This document shows positions 18,450 through 27,776 of a DNA stretch of 64,000 nucleotides, piece after piece. A program made the position numbers and the translations under genes. This stretch comes from an uncultured delta proteobacterium (GTDB lineage Bacteria > Desulfobacterota > Desulfomonilia > Desulfomonilales > Desulfomonilaceae). Within the stretch, counting starts at the first letter, position 1. Each line of letters begins with the position of its first letter. The stretch covers positions 448,001 to 512,000 of the forward strand of contig CAWBKB010000005.1 of the NCBI GenBank assembly GCA_963789265.1. Reading direction: 5' to 3'. Below the pieces are notes generated by a model. That model saw nothing but the letters and a program-made list of their open reading frames with translations. It was not told the origin of the DNA and made no database searches.

Positions 18450-20042
18450 CTATGCCACCCAAACCGCTTTCAAGTAGGAACCGGCAAAATCCACTATTAA
18501 CACGGGCTGATTGGCTTCAAGATCCCACGAGACAAAGTACGTGAATTGATCTACGAGCGAGTCCTCTTCTTTGTCCAGGTTCGATTTCAGCCAATCCTGC
18601 GCTTTTCTAACCGTGGCCCGTATCATTCGGTCTATGGCCATTGACTCATTGAGACCTTTGAGAGCGGGGACGCTCTGGAGTTGCTCGACCGCCTCTTCCC
18701 AGTGAATTCCATCTATCTTCCGCCGCAACACATACCCGTTGCCTCGATCGCGAATTATCAGGAGGGGAAGGTTGACATGCGCCGCCGAGTTGCGGATTCT
18801 GAGGCCCCCCAATTTAGGGGCCAGGACTCCCAGCAATTCCTTTCTTCGTTCCAGTTGAGGAAGCATTCTCGCTTGAATACGCTCGAAGATAAAAGCGTTC
18901 CCCTCAATGGTGATTTCTTTAAGTCGGGTGGGATCGAAACCAAGGTCCAGCAAATCGCCGATGGTTAAGGTGTCACTGGAGGGGATACCCTTTTCTTCCA
19001 TCCATGACACTAGATTTGGCCGTCGATAATTGGGAAGAGATTCGATGATCCTGGCGGGATGCTTTTTCAGCGCCTCCGGTAGATGAAACCACAATTCCTT
19101 GTCACCGGTTTGAAACGAGGGGCTGCCAGCCAAATCTCTAGGGGCGTACGACTGCATCGGTAGTTCACGGATCTCTGGATCCAAGACGATTTGCTCCAAA
19201 GACTCCCCCCCCGTGTAACCTAGCAGTAGTGATATGCGACGGCGAAATCCAAGGTATTTGGTGACGAATCGAGTGAACATGAAACGAATAAAAGAATCAT
19301 TCTTGCCACGGCGAACACCCTTCTCGAAATATGTGACTAGTGCCGCGTAAAGTTCTTTGAATTCATCGATGGTGCGCCTCACCATCAATTCGTTGTCTCT
19401 CATGTCAATGGTGGGTCGCTTCCTTTTGAGATGATGAACCAGCTTCAGGACGGCATCTCTGAGGTCGCGTTGGGCCAGTGCGGGCGGCACAAAGACCATA
19501 TACTGGCTTTCGCGGTCCGACGCGGGCCCCCCCGTAATTGCATCAACGGGCTTCCAATCAAGTTTCAGATAAATGTCATAAGTGGGTTCTTCTTCGGGAA
19601 TAATGTTATCCAGAATTCCTACAGCGGCCTTCTCCACGAGAAAATCACGGAACGCCAGGAGAATAAGGTTTCCGAGTCCCTTGTTCCGGAATGGGGCCGT
19701 CACTTCGACATACACCAGATAGTAACAAGGAATCGGCTTCTTCAGGTACAACATGTTGAGACGACCGAGGTTTTCACCAGTTGTCGCGTTGATCTCCAAG
19801 ACCTTGAAACCGTTATGAGCATCTTCCTGTTCAAGACGGTCTATTTTGGCCCCCGACACCGTGGCATCCACGAGGTCCCACAGTTCGGAGAAAAGATCGG
19901 CAACCATCGGAGAATTGGAGGAATCAAGGCGTCCTCCCTCGTCCATCAGGCTTATAAGCGCAAGTCGATCGTTAAGGCCCAGCCGCTTATGTTCCGGGTC
20001 GGAAGGCTTCGACGAGGTTTCCCGGGCTGGCGGTCCGTTCAT
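18450..20042 (-). CDS. Hypothetical ~530-aa protein with an N-terminal GNAT-like motif
   Basis: Long ORF; YLVYVEVTAPFRNKGLG resembles acetyl-CoA-binding motif A. Confidence 0.75.
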   Translation of the reverse strand: MNGPPARETSSKPSDPEHKRLGLNDRLALISLMDEGGRLDSSNSPMVADLFSELWDLVDATVSGAKIDRLEQEDAHNGFKVLEINATTGENLGRLNMLYLKKPIPCYYLVYVEVTAPFRNKGLGNLILLAFRDFLVEKAAVGILDNIIPEEEPTYDIYLKLDWKPVDAITGGPASDRESQYMVFVPPALAQRDLRDAVLKLVHHLKRKRPTIDMRDNELMVRRTIDEFKELYAALVTYFEKGVRRGKNDSFIRFMFTRFVTKYLGFRRRISLLLGYTGGESLEQIVLDPEIRELPMQSYAPRDLAGSPSFQTGDKELWFHLPEALKKHPARIIESLPNYRRPNLVSWMEEKGIPSSDTLTIGDLLDLGFDPTRLKEITIEGNAFIFERIQARMLPQLERRKELLGVLAPKLGGLRIRNSAAHVNLPLLIIRDRGNGYVLRRKIDGIHWEEAVEQLQSVPALKGLNESMAIDRMIRATVRKAQDWLKSNLDKEEDSLVDQFTYFVSWDLEANQPVLIVDFAGSYLKAVWVA

Positions 20043-20478
20043 GGCTTGTGATCCTTCAACGTGGCTCTTGGGCACTGAGGAGTGGCAAAAATCAAAAAAA
20101 AAGCGGAGTCTCTGCTCCGCCTTGTGTTTCGATATGTTCAATCGTCCTACTCAGCGTAGCAGCATCTTGCTCCCTTTGCTAAAATAAAAGCAAAAATATG
20201 ATTTATCGGTGAGAATCATCTGTTGTTCCTTCTGCCTTATTTCATATCCGCGCTTACGGGGTTTGTCAACATTGTTTTGCTCGGGATTACGATTATTCAG
20301 TTTGAAGAGGAAGAAAATGGTATCGCGGCTGCCGAGAATCTGTCGGTATGTTTGGCCGTGTTCGAGACGTTGGCAATGATTTTCGATTCTTCAGAAATCT
20401 GGGAGCGCCTCGCTGCTGGTTGAATCGTTGTCTATCTGCGTGTTGTAGAATCCATTACCCTTTGGCCGGGCTGATCCG

Positions 20479-21210
20479 TCAGCGCGTCGGCCCACGCACC
20501 CGGTGCTTAGCAGCAGCGGCTCCCTCGAGAATTTTGTTGGTCCATTGTACGATCTTGGCGCGCCATTCAGGGTTTGTTTCAAATTCCAGGGCCTTCTCGA
20601 AGTAACTCATTGCTTGGACCTTCTTGCCGGCCAGCATGCAGGCTATGCCCATATTCTCCAATGCCTCACGGTTGCCAGGATTAATTTTGAGAACCCATTG
20701 GTAGTCCTTTATTGCAGCATCGTATTTGCCCAGGCCCTCATAAGCCAATCCACGACCGAGGTACGCTTCTGCCGAAGAAGGGGCCAGCTTTATTGCATGG
20801 TCGTAGTCCTCCAAGGCCGCTTCGTGCTCCAAGTTAAAATTCTTGACATCCCCGCGAAGGATGTAGCCTCTAGGATTGGACGGTTTAAGCTCGATATAGC
20901 GAGTGAAGTCTTTGATTGCTTTTCCGGGAATGCCACGCAGATCGTACGCTTTGCCACGCAATAGATAGGCCTCGGAAAGATTCGGGTTTCGACGTATCGC
21001 GGCGGAGAACGAGTGAATCGCCAGACCAAAACGGCTCCTTTCCAACTGGACCTTCCCCCGAGCCATGAGAATTTTGGCTGATCGCCCGACTCTTGGAGGT
21101 GTAACCTTTAGGTGGTTTCGAGCTACAGACCATTGAGGCAACAGGGCGGTCATGGTAAGGGCAATTAATGCCTGGAAAAGGGAATGAGTACGGGGCGAAG
21201 ATATGGCCAT
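20479..21210 (-). CDS. Tetratricopeptide repeat protein (probably exported)
   Basis: Repeated AYLxRGxAY...AIKDF/Y...P units. Confidence 0.9.
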   Translation of the reverse strand: MAISSPRTHSLFQALIALTMTALLPQWSVARNHLKVTPPRVGRSAKILMARGKVQLERSRFGLAIHSFSAAIRRNPNLSEAYLLRGKAYDLRGIPGKAIKDFTRYIELKPSNPRGYILRGDVKNFNLEHEAALEDYDHAIKLAPSSAEAYLGRGLAYEGLGKYDAAIKDYQWVLKINPGNREALENMGIACMLAGKKVQAMSYFEKALEFETNPEWRAKIVQWTNKILEGAAAAKHRVRGPTR

Positions 21211-21616
21211 CAGATTTAACCACGAGCGGAAAGGTTTTACATCAGCGCCGGATAATCCGGAGCGACTTTCTCATGCAAATCAATTCTATTACTTGCTCTC
21301 TCCATTGCCAATATCTTCGCGAGGTGACAACAAAGCTTCATGGCTCGTCAGGTGCCGATGAAAGTGGACTCGTCGTCTATTCCTGAGATAGAATGGCGAG
21401 GCATCGGGAGCGCCCGCAAAACTTCTTTTCGTTCCAACTTCATGCTGTATCGGCGCGCCGCTCAAAGGGCGCTCGGCCGAGGATTCTTCAAGGGGGGTAC
21501 CCTTGTGCATTGAACATTTTCGGCCCAGGTTGGTAAAAAAAGATAGCTATTTGCTGGGTTTTCGCAAAAGATTTTTCCGCATTTGACTGTTGTGGGGAGA
21601 AGAATTTTGAGTCCGA

Positions 21617-23524
21617 ATGGAGGTGCAGTGCGAAAAATCGATAGGGATGGTTATGCCAGCTTCATCTAATGGTCGAGAACCTGCAATTGGACTTGGCTGG
21701 GCTTATCTTTTGAATGCAGGGGTTGCCACCCTGTTCTGGATGTATTTCCTGTCCGGTGGGTTCAGCGCTCCGGGAATCCTTGACGGGTACTACAATATCC
21801 AAGCTGCTGCGCTCGCCAAGGGATGCCTTGCTATAGGCTGCGGTTCCACTAGCTCGTTCTACCCTGATGCCAGCCTGTTTATGGGCCAGTACTATTTCTA
21901 TTGGGGGTTGCTTCCATCGGTCGGTTATCTAGGGTTGAGTACGGTGCTCGGGAAGCTTGTGGGGCAGTATGCGCTTGTGGCCGCGTTTCTCTTCAGTTTG
22001 ACCTACTTTTATCAACGCATTATCGGCGAAATCGTCGGGGGAGCGCTGGATACAGCTCCGAATGCCGGAAAGCTCTGGCGTTTCAGCTCATTACCACTGC
22101 TTTGGCTCTTTCTCTTCAATCTCCCTTTCCCACAGCTTTGGCATGCCCAGCCCAGTTACGAGCCCATCTGGTTTTTCGACCGATTCAGCATTTACGAGCA
22201 ACAGATCCTCTTTGCGCTCGCGCTGGCGATGCCGGGCATTTTCGTACTGGTTAGAGGGCTAACACGCGGCAGTGCCCAGCTGGTGGCGGTTTCCACTGTT
22301 TTGTTCTCTATGGCAGCATGGACGAGAGGCACATGGTTCATCCTGGCCTTCCTGTCCATTCCTGTAGCAGCGGTGTTCATAGCGAAATTCGCCCGACAAG
22401 AATGTGACAACTACACGATGAGGAAAAGTGCTATCTGGCTTGCGGTCTCTGTGATGCTCTTGGGCGGGCTGCTAGTGTGGAATTATGTCAGATTCGAATC
22501 ATTCTTTGACTTCGGGGAATACGCGCACCAGCATCCGGTTGGGGCCGCGTATCTGCGCGTCATGTCAGCGCATGTGTCGCCCGCAACGAAGCTCTGGAAT
22601 GCCATGTTCAACGTCATTTCGTACTACGGCTCTCCAGGGCTCTCACGAGGGCTAGGGCTTGACCAGAAAGTGTTCGCGGTTCGGGAGGGGATGTTTCCGT
22701 ATTTCTTCTCCTACAATCCGCTACTTTTACCCCTGCTGGTCCTTTTTCCCCTCGGGATGTACCGTGCAGCGAAATCCAGCGTCCGACTGTTTGTCACCAT
22801 GACGGTTCTTGCCGTCGTGGCCCTTTACATGAACCTCGTTATCATAGGTTTGGGACTCGTCGTTCTCATGAGATATTTTATAGAATTCTATTATCTGATC
22901 ATCCTGGTTCTGTTTGGTGTACTTGTCGCTTTGGTGCCTTTTCGGATCGCCTTCCTGGCGATGGCGATCGCAATCTCGCTGTACCTGCCTGACAATATCT
23001 CTCAGTTTATCCACAAAAGGCCCGAACTAAGACTATTGCCCGCCCAGGGCGTACAAATCCGTCACACGAGTTCTCACACACCCTTTGTAGTCAAAGATGC
23101 TGTGTGGCCGCGAGGATGTGTTGCCGCGGAAACGGCCCGCGCCTTCACGGACTACAATGTCATAGGCTTCTCACCAGGCCCTGAAGGATCTCTTCTGGCA
23201 TCTGACGTCGCGGCAGCATTCGTCATTCCAGAGACATCCGGGTCGCGAGCAGAAGGGAAGCTGACGGTACAAGGCCTGAGATCTCTGATGACCTATGGGA
23301 AAGTGCTCTTTCTCGTGGACGATCGACAGATCGGATCTATCCGAGTAAACCCCGAAGCGCCTGTCGATGCTTCGATGCCCGTACGTTTCGAATTGCGAAA
23401 GGATGCACCGCACAAGATCCTCATGATCTTCTTACCCTTGGACCATGCCTATTCGCCGCCGCTCCCACCGCCGATGCCGGTGCTACTGCTGAGAAGTGTT
23501 AGTCTTTCCGCGAAAGTCAAGTAG
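21617..23524 (+). CDS. Polytopic membrane protein, possibly a GT-C-type glycosyltransferase
   Basis: 635 aa, many hydrophobic segments; YYNIQA, YYFYWG, WNYVRFESFFDFG, MRYFIEF. Confidence 0.65.
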   Translation: MEVQCEKSIGMVMPASSNGREPAIGLGWAYLLNAGVATLFWMYFLSGGFSAPGILDGYYNIQAAALAKGCLAIGCGSTSSFYPDASLFMGQYYFYWGLLPSVGYLGLSTVLGKLVGQYALVAAFLFSLTYFYQRIIGEIVGGALDTAPNAGKLWRFSSLPLLWLFLFNLPFPQLWHAQPSYEPIWFFDRFSIYEQQILFALALAMPGIFVLVRGLTRGSAQLVAVSTVLFSMAAWTRGTWFILAFLSIPVAAVFIAKFARQECDNYTMRKSAIWLAVSVMLLGGLLVWNYVRFESFFDFGEYAHQHPVGAAYLRVMSAHVSPATKLWNAMFNVISYYGSPGLSRGLGLDQKVFAVREGMFPYFFSYNPLLLPLLVLFPLGMYRAAKSSVRLFVTMTVLAVVALYMNLVIIGLGLVVLMRYFIEFYYLIILVLFGVLVALVPFRIAFLAMAIAISLYLPDNISQFIHKRPELRLLPAQGVQIRHTSSHTPFVVKDAVWPRGCVAAETARAFTDYNVIGFSPGPEGSLLASDVAAAFVIPETSGSRAEGKLTVQGLRSLMTYGKVLFLVDDRQIGSIRVNPEAPVDASMPVRFELRKDAPHKILMIFLPLDHAYSPPLPPPMPVLLLRSVSLSAKVK

Positions 23525-23708
23525 CCCCTGCATTCTCGCGTCGGCATAACAATTGTGTCCTACTTCTTAGAGCCGCTCGGAGTTTCATTAAAATACGATA
23601 CGCATCGCATCACCATGGACTAAAGAGAGAACCCGCTCGGCTCCGCATATTGGAAAAAACAAGTGAAAGCGGTGCAACTCGATCCGCGTGACTTAGAGCA
23701 ATCCTTGC

Positions 23709-23919
23709 GAAACTGTCTCAAAACCCCCTGAACAGGACGAAATCGTAACACGAAATCCCCTCACCCTGACCCTCCCCCAAAGAGCGAGGGGACTCCAATA
23801 GCCTCTTTGGTACAGCTCCCTCTCCCTCTGGGAGAGGGTTGGGGTGAGGGTAACAACTAGACGAATGAGACCTAATCGTGGCACGATGTTGGGCATCAAG
23901 ATAGTTTTGAGACAGTTTC
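23709..23919. mobile_element. MITE of the same family as 11647-11852, with CCCTCACCC-type palindromic cargo
   Basis: 16-bp TIR GAAACTGTCTCAAAAC; TTGC target duplication; shared subterminal ATCGTGCCACGAT. Confidence 0.85.
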
Positions 23920-24089
23920 TTGCTACTTGCGCGTTATCCCATGGCTATATCTCGAGCGTGGTTCGCGGCATTGACCGCCGGATCCTTTCCTTATCCCGGA
24001 AGGTCCCGATACTATCCGTCTGACTCCACAAGTGGTACATATTGCGGGGCAGGTTGCGACGACAATTCGTTTCAGGGAGTGAGACTACC

Positions 24090-24866
24090 ATGGAATATCG
24101 GGACATTATCGTTGATTCTCACGGCGAGATCGGCTCGATCACGATGAATTCTCCAAAAACCATTAACGCTCTGTCAAAGAGCCTCATTGGAGAAATGATT
24201 TCAGCCCTCGAGGCCCTCGGAGCCGATTCTCGGTTGAAAGTGATCATAATCAAAACGAGTGGAAAGCATTTCTCCTCCGGCCATAACCTGACGGAGATGG
24301 TGGACGGTACCAATGGCGAATACAGGTTCATTTTCGAACAGTGTACGCGAATGATGACCATGATTCATCAGGTCCCTCAGATTGTGATAGCCCAGGTTCA
24401 TGGCGTGGCCACTGCTGCCGGATGCCAACTTGTTGCGACCTGCGATCTGGCAGTCGCCGACGAGACTGCCAGGTTCGGAACGCCCGGGGTAAGAATCGGC
24501 CTCTTCTGCACAACCCCTATGGTGGCACTGAGTCGGGCGGTGGGGCGCAAGCGCGCACTCGAAATGCTGATGACCGGCCGGCTCATATCGGCTCAAGAAG
24601 CAGAGCGGTATGGTCTGATAAACAAGGTCGTGCCCGAGGGAGAATTAGAAAAGGCTACCGATGATCTGGCCTTGTCGATCGTGGAGGCCAGCCCGCTGGT
24701 GCTGAAGATTGGAAAGCGAGCTTTCTACGATCAAATCGAACAAGACGAACTGCACGCATACGCGTATGCAGGTAACGTGATTACGTTAAACCTCATAGCG
24801 GAGGACGCGCAAGAAGGGATCAAAGCTTTCCTCGAAAAAAGGAAGCCCGTATGGAAAGGCCGGTGA
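24090..24866 (+). CDS. Enoyl-CoA hydratase/isomerase family protein
   Basis: FSSGHNL, VHGVATAAGCQLVATCDL, TPGVRIGLFC, EGIKAFLEKRKP. Confidence 0.95.
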   Translation: MEYRDIIVDSHGEIGSITMNSPKTINALSKSLIGEMISALEALGADSRLKVIIIKTSGKHFSSGHNLTEMVDGTNGEYRFIFEQCTRMMTMIHQVPQIVIAQVHGVATAAGCQLVATCDLAVADETARFGTPGVRIGLFCTTPMVALSRAVGRKRALEMLMTGRLISAQEAERYGLINKVVPEGELEKATDDLALSIVEASPLVLKIGKRAFYDQIEQDELHAYAYAGNVITLNLIAEDAQEGIKAFLEKRKPVWKGR

Positions 24867-24928
24867 AACAATCATTCGGAGGAAATTTCAGGCAGAGGCA
24901 ACTTGCCCGAACTTCCTCCATCGGAACT

Positions 24929-25246
24929 TCATTTTTCCCGGGCGGACAGCAATTCATCCGTCCACGCGTACGCCGCGATCATTGCTGGAAACCCTACTAT
25001 GGTCGCCGATAAGAGAACTGTCTGAGTTATCTCTTCTTCAGTGGCTCCCGCGTCCAGTGCCCGCCGCGCGTGGGATCGAACTCCCCCCTTGGAAGCCATT
25101 CCAATGGAAATTCCAAGCTGGATTAGATGTTGGGCCTTAAGATCAATAGGCCCGGCTGCCGTGCAAAGATCCCCAACTTTTCGGTATGCATCGGCTATTT
25201 CACCATGCCTGTCCATAAACTTCTTGAAGATTTCCGGCAAGTACAT
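24929..25246 (-). CDS. Carboxymuconolactone decarboxylase family protein
   Basis: GGVRSHARRALDAGATEEEI, GFP motif; SD AGGAGG. Confidence 0.9.
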   Translation of the reverse strand: MYLPEIFKKFMDRHGEIADAYRKVGDLCTAAGPIDLKAQHLIQLGISIGMASKGGVRSHARRALDAGATEEEITQTVLLSATIVGFPAMIAAYAWTDELLSAREK

Positions 25247-25544
25247 GTTCGTTCCTCCTTACAATGTAGCCCGGTCGGCTTATGCTACCGGTAGCCCCTG
25301 ATATTACCTTTTGGATCCACGGTATGCCCAGTGAAAAATGGTGAGAAATTGCGGAACCATCTGGAAGCCCCTTAGCGTCAGCATTTCTCGAACCCGTCCT
25401 CAATCGCAGAGCGTTGACACTTCAGCTTCGAAGTCTGATATTGTGATTATAGTGATTCAACTTTACTTGACGCGTAATCTACAAATCCAAAAGCAAAAGG
25501 TTTATCACTTGTAGAGATTTAGACGGGAGTTTGAGAAGCAAAGA

Positions 25545-26486
25545 ATGAATCATCCTGGAGAACTAGCCAATGAACTTGTCCGGTCAATTTCTAAGGTTCT
25601 AATAGGCAAGGAAAGACAGGTCAAAAATGTGGTTGTTGCACTGCTCGCACGGGGCCACGTTTTGATTGAGGATATCCCCGGAGTGGGCAAGACCTTGTTG
25701 GCACTGGCGACAGCTCGCTCCATGGGAGTTCGCTTTAGACGGATCCAATTTACCAGCGATACACTTCCGTCGGACGTCCTTGGGGTCAATGTGTATGACC
25801 CTAAGAATTCAGACTTCGAGTTCCGAGAGGGCCCCATCTTTACAGAAGTCCTTTTGGCTGACGAAATCAACAGAACCTCACCACGTACACAGTCAGCTCT
25901 CTTGGAGGCCATGGCAGAGGGAAAGGTCTCGGTGGATGGGACTACTTACAATTTGGCTTCGCCTTTTTTTGTTCTGGCCACCATGAACCCGGTTGAACGC
26001 TTCGGCTCCTTCGAGCTGCCGGAAAGTCAATTGGATCGGTTCATGATGTCGATCAGCCTTGGATATCCCGACCGCGGCCATGAACGAGAGATCTTTACAA
26101 GGGATATAGAACATTTTCATGCGGAACAACTGCAAGCGGTGACTGATCCCCAGATAATAAGACAGCTCCAGGACAAAGTACGCGAAGTGCGGGTCGAGCC
26201 GTCGATTATGGAATACCTGCTAGATCTGGTCAGAGCCACCCGGGAGCATTCCGCCCTAAGGCTAGGGCTTTCTTCCAGGGCAGGTTTGCACCTGAAACGC
26301 GCTACCCAGGCCGCGGCCCTTCTCGACATGCGAGATTACGTTATCCCGGCCGATCTCCGAAGTATATTTCTTCCCGTTACGTTGCACAGGATCCTTTTAC
26401 CCGGGGGCTCAATGGACGGGCGAGGACGGGAAGGGAAAAGAGACGTGTTAAACCAGATCTTGCGGTCAGCGACCGGCCCGGTATAA
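25545..26486 (+). CDS. MoxR family AAA+ ATPase
   Basis: GHVLIEDIPGVGKT, LADEINR, ALLEAM, LPESQLDRF. Confidence 0.95.
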   Translation: MNHPGELANELVRSISKVLIGKERQVKNVVVALLARGHVLIEDIPGVGKTLLALATARSMGVRFRRIQFTSDTLPSDVLGVNVYDPKNSDFEFREGPIFTEVLLADEINRTSPRTQSALLEAMAEGKVSVDGTTYNLASPFFVLATMNPVERFGSFELPESQLDRFMMSISLGYPDRGHEREIFTRDIEHFHAEQLQAVTDPQIIRQLQDKVREVRVEPSIMEYLLDLVRATREHSALRLGLSSRAGLHLKRATQAAALLDMRDYVIPADLRSIFLPVTLHRILLPGGSMDGRGREGKRDVLNQILRSATGPV

Positions 26487-26606
26487 AGATTCAAACACCC
26501 CGGCTTTTTGTCAAGAATAGCAGCACCTTGCCAGGCTGCGTCTCTCAAAACTGCTCATGACATCTGAGTTGCTCATCATGACTTTTATCGGCGCTATCGG
26601 GTTGTC

Positions 26607-27776
26607 TTGTCGATGTCCTTTCCGGCGCGCGAAACGGGAGTGCGTGAAATGACACCGTTTGCCGCCAAACCCTCAAGGTACGAACGCCGCACCCGGGTGG
26701 GGCCTATCGTTCCCCCGCAATCCGAATTGCGCGATCCGTCGGTGTATTCGACGATTGACGGCGAATCGGCGTCGCAGCCCGAGGTCAGCGTGCGCGTGCG
26801 GCCAACGCTCGCCGGCTGGATTTTGATCTTTCTTTTTGTCTGGATTCCGCTCACCGCGATCGGCACCGCGAACAACTTTCTGCTCATAATATTTTCCATG
26901 ATAGTCGGCCTTATGTTGATCTCGCACCGGCTAGGTGGAAGAAATGTCAAGACCGTTCGTTTGTCAAGACGCTTTCCTGATGAGATTTTTGCAGGAAAGA
27001 CATTTGCCGTAAGATATGTGATTAAAGCCGACAGGCGGCCGTGGGGGGCAATCACACTGAAGTTCGTGGAAGGCCCGCCTCTCCAAGGCACCCCGGAAGG
27101 GGTGGCGTTCTTTCGCGTACCCCCTGGCGAAGCGGTCAGCGCGAGAGGATTCTTCTCGATATCCAGTCGAGGATATAAACAGATTTTACCTGGGGTTCTC
27201 ACATCGGCGTTTCCTTTCGGACTGGCCTCGTATTCGCGTAAGTGTGGACCGCCAGAGTCAGTGCTTGTTTTCCCTCGGATTTGCCCAGTGCAGAGCGACA
27301 TTCCACCTTGGGTAGGCGGGTACGGAAAGGGATTGGAAAGGGCCGATCCCTTAGGGACTGTTCCCTATCAGTTCCGAGAGTACGTGCCGGGCGATCCTTA
27401 TAAATATATCGAATGGAAAAAGACCGCCGGCACCGGAAGGCTTATTACCAAAGTGTTGTCGGACGAGGGAACCAGAGAAATTACCATTCGTCTGCCGGCG
27501 CTAGCCTCCGAAAGGGCCATATCAAGGGCCGCTTCACTGGTCGTTCATTTCGCCGAATCATCCCGACCGATTTGTCTTCAGGGCCCGGGTCTGCTGCTTG
27601 GCCCGGGGAGAGGCAAAGAGTTTGCCTTAAAGATCCTGACCAGGCTTGCACGATGGGAAAGCAGCCCCGAAGATGCTGTCTTACCTGATCACGCATCCGA
27701 CATCATGGTACAAATAGACGAAGCAGGTGAATTCCTTTGGAGCCGTCCGGGGGAACGTAATGAACGTATTTCCTGA
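26607..27776 (+). CDS. DUF58 domain protein (start uncertain)
   Basis: FPFGL, REYVPGDP..IEWKKTA; lies between MoxR and the transglutaminase. Confidence 0.9.
   Translation: MSMSFPARETGVREMTPFAAKPSRYERRTRVGPIVPPQSELRDPSVYSTIDGESASQPEVSVRVRPTLAGWILIFLFVWIPLTAIGTANNFLLIIFSMIVGLMLISHRLGGRNVKTVRLSRRFPDEIFAGKTFAVRYVIKADRRPWGAITLKFVEGPPLQGTPEGVAFFRVPPGEAVSARGFFSISSRGYKQILPGVLTSAFPFGLASYSRKCGPPESVLVFPRICPVQSDIPPWVGGYGKGLERADPLGTVPYQFREYVPGDPYKYIEWKKTAGTGRLITKVLSDEGTREITIRLPALASERAISRAASLVVHFAESSRPICLQGPGLLLGPGRGKEFALKILTRLARWESSPEDAVLPDHASDIMVQIDEAGEFLWSRPGERNERIS

Noticed and set aside
20223..20423. 66-aa hydrophobic ORF
   Set aside because: TTG start without SD; no supporting features
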